Shown: piece by piece, positions 13,014-26,374 of the stretch | Position numbering within the stretch: the stretch's first letter is position 1 | Layout: each line of letters begins with the position of its first letter | Source of the DNA: Adineta vaga | Lineage: Eukaryota; Animalia; Rotifera | Assembly: GCA_021613535.1 (NCBI GenBank) | Contig: CP075496.1 | Location: 7,750,001-7,814,000 of the forward strand | Reading direction: 5' to 3' | DNA: 64,000 nt | Position numbers and translations under genes: made by a program | Notes under the pieces: generated by a model | The model's database searches: none | What the model was told of the DNA's origin: nothing | What the model saw: only the letters and a program-made list of their open reading frames with translations

Positions 13014-15571
13014 ATGAAATTAAAAGAAAAAGATACCAATTCGACCGATAAATCATCTGAATTGATAAAAAGTGATGGAAGTATTGAGAAAAAACAACCA
13101 AAAAAAAAGAAAACCAACAAGAAAAATTTTGAAGTTCGTATTCCTCGAATCATTGTTCGCAATCTCAACTTCAAAGTAACTAAATATTTCTTATAAATTT
13201 GTACTATCGATGTCTTATATAAGGTCAATGAAGATAAATTAAAAGCAGCTTTCGAAAAATGTGGTACTTCAATAAAAAATATTTCCATTGTATCAAGAAG
13301 TCAGTATAAAATCCATCTTTGATGATGAATCAATATTCTTTTATTTTTAGATGGTGTATCGAAAGGATTTGGTTTTGTGACATTTGATAAACTTGAAGAT
13401 GCACAAAAAGCAATTGAAACAATGAATGGTCAAAAGATGTTAGGTAAGTGAAATGATGTCGTGTTCATCGAATAGTGAATAAACGTCTCTTTCATCTATT
13501 TAGGTCGTCCAATGGCTGTTGATTGGTCCTTACCAAAAAATGTGTATGAAAAAATTCAAACAAAAGGTATATAGACAATGTTTATTGAACTTTATATGAT
13601 ATAAAATAATTCTGTTTATGAGGTTGATTTTGATATATAAAATCTTGAATATTTTCTCATGAATATGCATATTTACAAGCTTTTCTTTCCATTTAGAATC
13701 ATTAAAACCTGTTCGCAATGATAGTTATGGTATTCAATCGAAATCAACTTCACCTGTGATCAAAAAAGAAGAAATACCAAAAGAAAAGGATGAAGAAGAT
13801 TTCGACGAGGGGAACGAGAAGGAGGATGATGAAAACGAATCGGAAGGAGACGACGACGAAGAAGAAGAAGAAGAATCACCAAGTGAGTTGTCTTTCTTAT
13901 TTATTTCAAAAAAACTTTATCGAATTTTCATTTAGAAACAAGAACAAACGAAAGTAGTCGTGATGTTCGTGAACAACGTACTCTCTTTATTCGTAATGTA
14001 CCATTTGATGCAACTGAAGAAGAATTATCTAATCTTTTGTCTTCAAATGGTCAATATCAAGTCAGATCCTGTCGTTTAGTTATTGATCCTATATCAAGAC
14101 ATCCACGTGGTACTGCATTTGCTCAATTTGCATCAACAGCTGATGCTGAAGCATGTTTGAATCTACCATTTACACTTCGTGGACAACAATTACAAACTGA
14201 TATGGCATTAGGTCGTGGTGAACTTGTAAAAGCAAGAGAAATACGTGATCAAAAACAAGAAAAGAATAAAAAACATGATCAACGTAATTTATCATTAGCA
14301 AATTGTGGTGTCATATTAAATATCAATGAATTAGATGGAAATGAAAATGATTTACGAAAACGACAAAAACTTGAAGATGTAAAAAAACAAAAACTGCAAA
14401 ATCCATCGTTTTTCATCTCACCAACACGTTTGACCATCCACAATTTACCAACAAATGTGGATGATGACAAATTACGAAAACTTATCATTGATACATTAAA
14501 AGAAGATAAAATACCGATGAAAAATATTAATCTTAATGAATGTCGAGTGATGAAACAGAGTAAAGACGCAAAAAAATCTCTTGGTAAGAAAAACATTTTC
14601 TTAGTAGTATTGAGTATCTCTTAGATATAAGGATAAAAATGTTAGATGATAAAATTAAACAAAATTATCTCGCCGACATTGCTTTCATTTAATTCTTGCA
14701 ATATCCTAGCTCATGCATATTCGTCTGATATTTTTAGTAATCAATTAGAAGTATTTTAGAAGAAAAAAAGACGATCTGTTGTAAATTTTATTGATGTTAT
14801 CAATAATAATCTTTGATATCATAGTCATTACTCTGCCCTTTTTGATAACATAACATTTTATCGTAGCATGGTGCGATGTTCTTTCGATAATTCTTTTACA
14901 CTAGCAATGGCGTGATCATATGAGTATATAAATCAACAGATGTATCTTCTCAGCATTTTTCTTTCCTTCCATTGTGATATCTGTACCTGTCAATCGTATA
15001 AATAGCGCTTATAAATATATACTAGACGAAGATTTTTGCTTTTCTTTTAGGTTTTGGTTTTGTCAATATAGCTCGTCATGAAACTGCACTACGATTGATC
15101 GAATTACTTAATAATAATAAGTATGTGTTTGGTCCAAATCGACGACCAATTGTGCAATTTTCTGTTGAAAATCGTCGTGCATTACAATTACAAGAACAAC
15201 GACGTGACCGAATAAAGGCTAAACAAGAATTACTAAAGAATCCAACGGATAAAATATTATCATTTGAAACTAATCGAAAGAAAAAAGAACGTTCTCATCT
15301 GTTAGAACAAACAAGTACGACTAAAGTACGCCTTAGTGAGATCATGAAACAACAACAAAATGCAGAAGCCAATGACAATGAAAATGAAACTTCCATGGAA
15401 ATTGAGAATGATAAATTAAATTCAAATGGTCAAAACAACAAAAAATCGAAGATGAAGAGATTAAAAACAAAATCAAAAACTGAAATTCGAGACAATACAG
15501 ATCGAATGATTGCTAAATCTCGATATAAAACACCATTACCACAAAAGACAAAAACGAAATGGTTTGAATAA
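13014..15571 (+). CDS. RBM28: RNA-binding protein 28 (Nop4 homologue), multi-exon, three RRMs visible
   Basis: RIIVRNLNFK...SKGFGFVTF...GRPMAVDWSLPK, acidic tract, RTLFIRNVPFDATEEEL...HPRGTAFAQF, DQRNLSLA, KLQNPSFFISPTRLTIHNLP, GFGFV, FGPNRRPIVQFSVENRRAL, C-terminal KWFE. Confidence 0.93.
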
Positions 15572-15781
15572 TATTATTTCAAGTAAATCAGTTCAGGATA
15601 TCTTTTGTCCGTTTGTTTTTGTTTTCAATTCTATTAAATACAAAACACCTAGACTCAATTTTGTCTTTTATTTTCATTCTAATGTAGATTACTACTTTTC
15701 CAACGATTACAATCTTCACTAATTATGATATAAGATACATTCTCAATAATAGAAAAACTTTTTTTCCCTTCTAGATAAACT

Positions 15782-16564
15782 ATGATGATCAAATCCATGA
15801 TAACACGACCATTGAACATTATCTCAACATCTAGCCGTACATTAGTATCTGCTTCACATACAGATTTTCTTGACAAATATGATCCCCAACAAGTATCATT
15901 ACTCTACGAACCATTGATGGTTGTTGATGAAAACGATCAAATCATTGGAGAAGTAACAAAGAAAGACGCACATCTTTTAGAAAATATCGAAGGTGAACAA
16001 TCATTGGTACATCGAGCATTTTCATTTTTCTTATTCGATAATTCTACTACACCATCTCGTCTTATTTTACAACAACGTTCTTCAGAAAAAATAACATACC
16101 CATCATTATGGGCAAATACTTGTTGTAGTCATCCATTATACAACGATATTGAAATGAACGGCATCGATGGTGTTAAACATGCTGTTATTCGTCGAGTAAA
16201 ATATGAGCTTGGTTATGAATCAGATTTAGATTTAGTTTATTTAACACGAATTTTCTATCAAGCAAGAAATATTCCTGATGATGGTATCTTTGGTGAAAGT
16301 GAAATTGATTATATTATTGTTGCTAAACATAAACAAACTCCAAAATTAGATTTATTAACCGATTTTAAATTAAATGTCAATGAAGTCGAACAAATTCAAT
16401 CAGTTACATTGAAAGATTGTGAAGAACTTGTTGACCAAGGTTTAGCCACGCCATGGTTTAGTCGAATTGTAAAAGAAGGTTTATTAGCAAAATGGTGGAC
16501 AGCATTGGATAAAAATGAATTGAATAGTGATGGACAACAGTCCGATAAGATTATACAATTGTGA
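15782..16564 (+). CDS. IDI1: Isopentenyl-diphosphate delta-isomerase type 1, intronless CDS
   Basis: LMVVDENDQIIG.VTKKDAH, VHRAFSFFLF, LILQQRSSEKITYPSLWANTCCSHPL, GESEIDY, TPWF. Confidence 0.95.
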   Translation: MMIKSMITRPLNIISTSSRTLVSASHTDFLDKYDPQQVSLLYEPLMVVDENDQIIGEVTKKDAHLLENIEGEQSLVHRAFSFFLFDNSTTPSRLILQQRSSEKITYPSLWANTCCSHPLYNDIEMNGIDGVKHAVIRRVKYELGYESDLDLVYLTRIFYQARNIPDDGIFGESEIDYIIVAKHKQTPKLDLLTDFKLNVNEVEQIQSVTLKDCEELVDQGLATPWFSRIVKEGLLAKWWTALDKNELNSDGQQSDKIIQL

Positions 16565-17425
16565 TATTTCAGACATATGTTTGATTTTGATAAATATGTG
16601 CGTATGTTCTATTTTATGACAGCGAAGATCTGTTCGAATAAAAACTAATTTTCAATATCTTATTAAATAAAAACTCGATAGAAATTCAATGAATTTAAGT
16701 ATAATGTTGAATGCGTATTTCTTTCTTGAAAAAAAGATTCAATTGAAAAGTTATTTTCTCATGACAAATTAATTTGATTAATTAAATATATGAATAACAT
16801 GATTGATTTCGACAATCACCGATTTCTATTGTTTTAAAGCGGCATATTTCGTGAAACAAACAACTAGACTGTGCTAATTTATGATGCAAGGTCTGTGTCA
16901 ATGTGTGAAAATCGAATCTCTCAAGTTATTATAAATTTGACACATAATTAGATATCAATAGGAATATTTTTTTTCAGCACACGCATATCATCATGTGTTT
17001 TGTATTCTATTTGAACTCATGCATAGTAGGTTCGAATAAATAAATAAATTGAATTTCGTTCCACTCAAATTTCATCAGATTGAAATATTGAAATAATATT
17101 CTCAACGTTTGTTGTTATTCATTTATTTTTTCAACCTAACAGATGTGTTTCTTTTTCATATAGCCTAATGTCGGTTTAGCAAAATAAAGATCAAATAAAT
17201 AAATCAAGCGATAGAATGACGATGGAAAAAGAATGACGACGATGATGACGACGACGAAAATGTTCAATAGTGAATGATAGAAAGGGAAATATAGAAAAAG
17301 AAGAAGAAGAGAAGATGAATGAATTCATTTTTCTCTTTTTCGTCGGTCATTTTCGTGTTGACCTTGCATGTTTTCCTTTTCTTAATACTCATTCATAGAT
17401 ATACATTCAAAGCGAAAAGCAGGAA

Positions 17426-18985
17426 ATGTATAGCGATACAGAGTGTACACGTCGTACAGGAGGTTCAGTTCGTAGTTGTCAATCAACATCTTTATCAAAT
17501 CGTTATATTCGTGGTCTCGGAAGTAATCAAGATCTATCCAAACGAACACAACTTCATCCGTCACCATCCATATCTGAAATTATTTATAATAATGAAACAT
17601 TTCCACTACTAGCTGAATTTCTTCAATTTCATGGACGTGAATCATTAGTTGGATTTTGTGCAATTGTTATTGGAATATCCAATTTATCTTCAGATAAACG
17701 TCAAGCTTTATATGCTGTACGTGCTGCTTATAGACAATATATCAATGATGAATCGATATCGACAAGTTGGTTACAATCAAGTACAAGAGAATATATTCGA
17801 GAACAAATTTCTCAACGAACATTTGATCCATACAAGATTTTTCAACCAGCTATGAGAGATATGTTACAATATATAAAACAGAATTTCTATGCAAATTTTC
17901 TTTCATCACAAATTTGGAAAAATCATTTACTCAAGAAACAACAACAAGAAAAACGAATCAAAGTTTTAAATGCATCGACACCAAAAAAATTAAATGCATC
18001 GATAAGTACATCAACGGTGAAACCATCAAAACAATCCAATTCTAAAAGAGATATTCTAACGAATTTCAATGGAAATAAAACCCTTGGTAAGATATTTATG
18101 TTCAATTATAAACAAGTTACGTTATCATTTTTGGAAGTTAGTTTATCCGATAGATTTCAAATGAACTAGTAAACTGAGCAGATGTTTCTTCTCTATAGGA
18201 AATTATAGGTTAAATGAATAAGATTCTTTTTTTATTTCAATAGTAAAGGTTAAATTTGCTTTTATCTGCTATTATTCTCCTTTTGTCTTTTCTATATAAT
18301 AATATCCTAATTGAATACCAAATCTAATCTTTTATTGATATCTGGTAAAATGAGTTTTATACGAAATTATTTCTTCTTTGAATTAGGAAAAAACTGAGTG
18401 CATTCATGTAGTTCTTAAAATGATGATTTATCAATATTTAAGATTTGAGTTATTAAAGTTTTACATTTATACTCATCAACATAGAAAGTTTTGTGAATTT
18501 ATATAATTAAAAATCATCATTGTTTCATCAGGATTTCTGTCAAAAAACTCATCTCTTGATAGTCTTGGCAACATTCTGAATATATATTTTATTTAACCGA
18601 CTTTTTATTTGAAGGTTCAACAAATTCGATAATGTCGACAACAACGATATCAGCAGTAGCAGTAGTTAAAACACCACTAGCATGTTTTATTCAAAATAAA
18701 GATGTACCATATATGATTTATTTGAATATACCTGTGGAACGTGTTACACTAGGTGATATAAAGTCACGCATTCATCATTTGGCTGGAAAAAAATTCGATA
18801 ATCAAAGCAGTGAATGTCATTATTATTTTAAACGTCGAATTGATCCATCAGAAATGTGTTTAATGAACGATGGTACCTCATCCATGCCTACATATGTTTA
18901 TGAAGAAATCGATAATGAAGACATTCATACACCTGTACCACATCTCGATGGCACAATCGTGTGCAAATTTGATTTTTCAAATTAA
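17426..18985 (+). CDS. Axin-like protein, RGS domain + DIX domain (~343 aa, 2 coding exons 17426-18086 and 18615-18985)
   Basis: RGS-like segment (FAE/LAEFLQ...GFC...RAAYRQYI...IFQPAMRDMLQYIKQNFYANFLSSQIW) is spliced in phase 1 to a DIX domain (VPYMI...VTLGDIKSRI...HYYFKR...VYEEI...PVPHLDGTIVCK). RGS plus terminal DIX is the Axin architecture. Confidence 0.8.
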
Positions 18986-20321
18986 ATAACTTTATTATTT
19001 TTTTTTTGTGCATTATGTTATTCTTGTTGTGCTCCATTGGAAAGAGCCATGAATTTCTGTTTTTTTTCTAATGTATCTTCGTTTTTTTTTCAATGGGCAT
19101 TGCACAGCATCATTTTTCCTAATTAAATCCATCAAGCACAAATCTACTATGTCACTTGCATACCATCCTTCGTTCATACCTAGTTGCGCACAACAGCAGA
19201 AAAAGGCGTTCTGATAACAGAGCGAGAGAGAGAGAGCGCGCGCATCTTTTTTAAGCCGATTAATGACATGCCATATCTTTCTCATCGTCGACGACGGTAG
19301 GAAGAATAATGGGTATATTCAACATCTACATCTCTAAAGTTTTCCAGAGCCAAGAAAAAAATAGAAAAATAAAAAACTTCTTTTTCATTCTTGCTCTCTC
19401 TCTCTCTCTTTCTTCTTTAGTCTATCCTGTTAGTCTTTTATTCAAGTCAGTTTTGCACTTTATCCTTTATCTCTCTCGATGAGCTTTGCTAAATGTAAAT
19501 TTTCCATTTATTTTGTACTTAGAAACTAGTTTGTCAGTTGTCTTATGAAGTAGATCTATTCAAATGTAGACAGATTGAATATTTTCGGTATCTTAGTTGA
19601 GTATCTGCGTTTAATTAACGACAACTTTTGAATGAAGAAACCATTATAATATAAATTGTTTAATTTTAATAAAATCATCAATACACAATGTTTGTTGTTA
19701 GAAACGAGAGAGCGAGAGAGAAAGAGTAACTTAAAGTTACTTACTCTTTTTCTCTATACGTCATAATTGTAAGAGCAGATGAGATAAAAAGCGGAAATCA
19801 TTGTTTCTTTTTTTCTGTCGTTTTTTAATGATGCGACATCCACAATTATCCTTACGGCATATAGTTAAAACTTTGTCATTTTATGTGACTTTTTTTTCTC
19901 AGACTAGGAGAATAAGCCAGTGAACCAGGCATCGCACTGATTTATTCATTTTATTGCATAACTTTATTTTTTGTTAAATAGTGGATTATTCTTCTCCTTT
20001 TATTTTCTTCTCTTACTTTCTTTTTCAAAGAATGTCCTATTTACTGTTGTCATTATTATTTTTTTACGTTCGAATTAACAAACCAAAAGGACTTCTCTCA
20101 CATCTGATATTTAGCATGTTTTTCGCTTCCCGTTAGTCTACTTTTATGTCTTCCACAGGCAGAGAAAAAAAACTAACTACAGAAAAATATCTAAGATTGA
20201 TTTAACAACAGAGATATGTACGAAGCAAAGAATACAGAAAGGGTGAGCAATATTAAAGAAAATATTAACTTATCTCTTCATTAGTTTGGTTAAAAATGAG
20301 AGATAATAGGCCACATGTCAT

Positions 20322-20354
<33 letters not shown>

Positions 20355-20584
20355 AATAATCTGTATTACTTTAAGCTGAGTCAGCACCAGTCGCGTTTTC
20401 TTTAAAAGATACATGCAACTATCTATACTATCTATAAGTGAGTTTAATGGGAAGAATTTATTTTGATTGTTATCGATGCTTATTCATAAAGTTCTGGTGT
20501 GTATAATGCGAATTTTAATGATAATCATTCTCTTTTAGAAAGCTCTAAATATTTCATTTAACTCGATTTTTTCTCTTTTTGGAG

Positions 20585-23500
20585 ATGATGATGTTTTTAA
20601 GTTTAAATATCATTAATTTGGAACTTTACTATCGTATTTTTATTCTATTGCTATTTCCTTCCTCCTATTTCTGTCAAAATATTATTTATGACATTTCACC
20701 TACGAATACAATTACTATAAATTTAATATTAAATTCTAATGTATCTCTACTAACAAACACTTCAATTGTGAAACGTTTACCATCATCTAGTAATGATTTA
20801 TTGACTTCAACAGGAATACTTTTAAATGCTACTAATATTCAATCAGTTGTATTCACATGGAATACAGGCGATTGTTCATATCCAATTGCCTTGGCTAATA
20901 CTTATCCGATGAAATATATCAGTAGTCCAATATGTTTTACTTCGATATCAACAATAAGTAATTTATTGCAATTAACAAGTACGAGTGAACAGTTAGGCGA
21001 GGCAGCTGTTACATTGATGAATTCGTTTTCATTACATTATTTTTCCATGATTTTAAGTGATTCAAATGCATTCTATTCAACCTTAGCACAACATTTTTCT
21101 AGTTCTTTAACACAACGAAATTACGTACTTGAACGAACAATATTGTTATCAAATTTTTCAGCTGTATTTTCATCAAATTCATTTAAAAGTCGAGGTTCGT
21201 ATATTGATTTTTATTAGAAAAATTTCCCGAAATATCAATGTAATTGTTTTTTTCTGAATCTAGTGTTTTTTATTATGTGTTCATTTGATGATGAATTAAC
21301 ACTTTATTCGAATATTTCATCTTTATATCAATCAATTATTTCAACATTTGGCCAAGTTGCTTTTATATTTGTTCGTTGGTCACATCATTTTCTTAGTTTT
21401 TATACGACACAATTTTTACCAAACACGACATTATATTCATCGTCATCATTTCCAATTCTTCATCTTTTACCATTGGATAGTAGTATGACAAGTAGTTTTG
21501 ATAATACGGTTTTGAATTATCAACAAAATATTCTTAATCCAACTCCATTAATAACATTTTCCGATGATGTAAACACATTTTTTCTTTTTTAATTAATTAA
21601 TTTTAAGTTTGATTTGTTTTTCTCTTCGATTATTTTCAAGATTATTTTTACTTTGAGTGAACTTGAAAGTGTGGACTTATTACGACAAACTTTACCATCG
21701 AATCTAACCTCAACAAATTGGTCGACTTTGTTTGGTCCTATTACATTTACTGGTACTCAAGAACGTTCATTTCAGTATTTATTCATTGGTCGACAATGCA
21801 ATGGAGCATGGGCGATATTCAAATCGGTTGTGAATTCAGTATTGACAAACTATGAATCGAGCACAACGAATTGTATTAATTATCCAAATGGTGACGTGAT
21901 TGTTACAGAAGATAGTGGTAAGAAACAATTACTTTGAGTGAGGATATATATTTAGATTTGTTGAGCGAGGCCGATGTTTGCCTGCAGATAGATAATTTCT
22001 ATTTATTTTTAATCTATACTAGGTTGGCGTACTTTACGTATTGTTCTTTTATCTTTGATGGGTGTTGTTATTGCGTGTATTGCTGCATTAATTGCTTTTT
22101 TTGTCGTCCGGTAAGAAAAATGAACTTAATAATGAGATAGAAAAAAGAATCTTTAAACTTATGAAAATATTTTGTTCGATAGAAATCAACGTAATCGTAA
22201 ACAAATGTCTCGCGGTCCAAATAAGATTATTTTATTACCAGACGATATAATGTTTGTTATGCCAAAAGGTTCAATATTTACAAGCAAAGTTTGTTTAAAA
22301 AGATATTTCATTTTCATTATCTGTTTATTTATTTTCATAGGTTAATTTAAAAAACGAACCACATGAGCGTAGTAATGCATCTATACGTAGTGACGAAATT
22401 CAAGCTGGAAAAACTGCTCGTTATAATGTAAGTAGGATATTATTTGATGCTAGATGAAAGATAGAATATAAATATTTAGGGTGACTTGGTGGAAGTGAAA
22501 AAATTACATATTGGTCCACTATCTTTGCGTACAAAAGTCATGCGTGAATTACGGGCATTAAAAGATTTACGTCATGAAAATGTGAATACTTTTATTGGAC
22601 TTTTTATTGATCAAAATGCGCCAGCTTTAATATATGAATATGGTCATCGAGGTAGTCTTGAAGTATGTATATCGACTTTTTCTTTCGATGAAAAATACAG
22701 TGTTGCTAGAGAATGAAGTATTCTGATTAGAAATATAATCTTTAATTTTGATAAAGTCATTTTATGTATTGCTTTTGTTTAGGATATTCTTAAAAAAGAA
22801 GAAATCAAACTTGATTGGAATTTTAAATGGTCGATGCTTAATGATCTCGTTCGAGTATGATTATTATATCTTTGATTTGATTTGATGTATTCTTTCAATA
22901 AAAAACGAATTTTCATTCTTAGGGTATGAGATATTTAACTAATTCATCAATACGTTGTCATGGAAATTTAAAATCACGAAATTGTATCGTTGATTCACGT
23001 TGGGTATTAAAAGTAACAGATTATCATTTGAATGAAATATATTCGTTACAAAATGCACCAAGACAAGTTGATATTGGCGGTTTGTACAGAAAAAGAAAAA
23101 GAAAAAGAAATCCCTTTCGATTGGTGAAAGAAATATTTCATATTTAGATCTATTATGGATGTCACCTGAACATATTCGTACTTCGATTATTAAAAATGAT
23201 GTTGCTACAGTCATGACAAGTTCAGCAGCTGGTGATGTTTATAGTTTTGGCATTATTATGCAAGAAGTTATCCTTCGTGGAGCACCATTTTGTATGCTTG
23301 ATCTGACACCACAAGGTAAAATTTATTAAAATAGAAGCAAAAGAAACCATTTCATTTGTTCTACATCGATATTTAGAAATAATCGCAAAAATAAAAAAAC
23401 CACCACCATTATTAAGACCATCTGTATCAAAACAAGTTGCACCACCAGAATATATCAATTCAATGAAACAATGTTGGGCTGAACAAGCAGAAACAAGACC

Positions 23501-25220
23501 ATCATTTAATGATCTTTCTCAGTCGATAAAATTGCTCAATGGTGGAAAGTAAGATATGAATTTTGAAACGATTTAACTAAATAAAGAAAACTTGTTTATT
23601 TTTTTTTCTAGAAAAGTGAATATTGTTGATACAATGTTTAAAATGTTAGAACAATATTCTAATAATTTGGAAGATTTAATTAAAGAACGAACAACACAAC
23701 TTGAAGAAGAAAAAAAGAAAACCGATAAATTATTATCTCAAATGTTACCACCGTATGATCATCATTCAGTGAATTACATATAGATGAACTTTTTTATTTA
23801 CTTTATTTAGAACTGTAGCAGATAGTCTAAAATCGGGCAAAGCTGTCGAAGCTGTTTGGTATGAATGTGTGACAATTTATTTTTCAGATATCGTTGGATT
23901 TACAACAATATCAGCATTGAGTAGTCCCATGGAAGTTGTCGATTTACTCAATGATTTATATACGATGTTTGATTCAATCTTGGAAGATTTTGATTGCTAT
24001 AAGGTTTGTTTTGAACAAATTGTTTACATTTTCTGAATAGTTTGTATCTACAAAAATATTCAATCTAGGTGGAAACAATTGGTGATGCTTACATGGTTGT
24101 TAGTGGTCTTCCAATTGAGAATGGAAATATACATGCTTCAGAAATAGCTACAATGGCATTAACATTGTTACATGCTTGTGGAAAATTTAAAATTCGTCAT
24201 ATGCCTGGCGTACCATTGCAACTACGTATTGGACTACATTCAGGTGCATGTGTAGCTGGTGTTGTTGGTCTTAAAATGCCTCGATATGTAAATGATTGAT
24301 TATTGAAAAGACATTCATTTAATTCTATATTTCTAGTGTTTGTTTGGTGACACTGTGAATACAGCTTCTCGTATGGAATCAACTGGCATGGGTAATATCA
24401 ATAGAATTTTGTATTAAATTTTTAAATAATTTATATTTTCTGAAAATATTTTAGCTTATCGTATACATTCAAGTGAAACTACAGCTGGTCTTCTAGAAGA
24501 AATAGGTGGTTTTCATCTAGAATTTCGTGGTGTTACAGAAATCAAGGTAAAATAAGATTGAAAAAGTCGGATATTAACGGAGGAAATTTCTTTTGATTTT
24601 AGGGTCGAGGTAATTATAAAACATATTGGCTTAGTGGAAAAGATGGTTTTGATAAAGAATTACCAGCACCAGTGATTTCAGACAATAATCATGGGTATGA
24701 AAAGAAGAAACACGTATTTGTTTAAAATCATTCGTGTGTATTTTAGTCTTGATAAAGAATTGGTTAAATTAGCAGAAAAAAGTGCACGAGAACGTGAGAA
24801 ACGCGAACGTGAACAGCGTGAACGTGAACAACGTACGCAAGAAGCTAAAGAAAATAAAGCAACGACTACTTCAACAAATAATGAAATTCAAGTCAAACCA
24901 ATCATTGAAACCATATCATCTGATCAAAAGCCAAAATATTCAAAAACTTCCCATACTAAAAAGACAAATGGTGATCATGATGTGAATACAACAGATGATT
25001 TATTAAGGTTTGTTTTACAAATAAAGAAGGCAAAAACAAAGTATTGATCTTTTTTATTTTGTTTAACTATAGATTCAGTCCACCAATTGATCAACAGCAA
25101 ACTTCACGTGTCTCTAGTTCAGGAGAGAAATTTCCAACAACTAGTGCACTTCCAGCTAAATTACAACAGATGGATGGACCAAGTGGACCGATCAGAAAAT
25201 CGACAAAAGCAAAATGGTGA
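20585..25220 (+). CDS. Receptor (membrane) guanylyl cyclase, retinal GC-like; ECD-TM-kinase homology-coiled coil-cyclase
   Basis: Signal-like N-terminus; [30 protein letters not shown]; [22 protein letters not shown]; [25 protein letters not shown]; [11 protein letters not shown]; [15 protein letters not shown]; [24 protein letters not shown] (E and C guanine-specificity residues). Stop 25218-25220. Confidence 0.95.
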
Positions 25221-26374
25221 TTGTCATCGCATTTGACATAGATCTGTTCATATTTTCTTTTTTAATTGTTGTTTTCACGAATTTCTTTCATCAGTGAATG
25301 TACATTACACTTTACCGGTTTTTCTTTTGTTCTCTTTAGTTTCTAAAACTCAGTCATGTATATGCAACATACATGTATCTAGTTTGTTTTTGTATTCATT
25401 TATCAACGATATACGGATGCTTTGTCTTATGAAAAATCTTTCTACTTACATAAGATGATGATCGCTTTGCGCGTCTTGTTTTTAAGTTTGGCATGGTATA
25501 GTTCAAAAGTTCTTTCATATTTTTACACTCAATATCTAAACAAAAGATTCAAGGATCTTTCTATATCGTATACTTTAAATATTTTATACATGACATGTAC
25601 TTCGAGGACATAATATTAAGTAAATAAGAGTTATAATAAAGAGAAATGTGTAGCTAGTTATAATCGCTGTATAATAGAATCTATTTTGAATACACTTTGA
25701 GAACCAAATGCATTACTTTTATTAAACGTCCTCATCCACCATAACATATTTCATTCGTTATTGAAGATTATAATAAAACTGAAAAAGTCGAGATTATACA
25801 AATACATAACATTATTTGCATCGTTTTCTGGAACATACATCCTTATAAATCATTTCTTATGATGTACTAAATGTTTTCTTAGCTTCTTAATAGATCATAA
25901 TTCATTGAATTATAAAAAGAATTGTCAAACTAACTCTATGACCTCTCTCGAAATGTCTTCTAATCATGTAACTATAATTTTAGTGATTAATTCAACAATT
26001 CACAGCTTTCTCTATTTTTTAAAACTAGGAAAAAAAGAAGAATAGATATGCTCATAATCAATGTTTTTCTCTTGAGAATTTCAACTTTTTAAAACATTTG
26101 AAGGACATGAAAATAGTCTGGAGTCTGTTTTACTGAAAACTATTTGATTTCCCTCAAGAATACATTTATACAAATTTGAGATAATGAGAAAAACAACAAA
26201 CATAGAGTATCTAGGTAGAATAAAACTAGTTCTATTTCTATCGATTTCAATCTCAAGAGAATCATATAGAAAAGAAAAAGAAAAAACTTCACAAAGGAAA
26301 AGATGAAGATTGACTATCACATAGAGTTTCTTCAGATTTTTAGTATGTTGTATTAATTGAAAGACAAAGAACGA

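Noticed and set aside
14584-15050. Possible C/D snoRNA in the long RBM28 intron
   Set aside because: No exact RTGATGA box paired with CTGA and a terminal stem.
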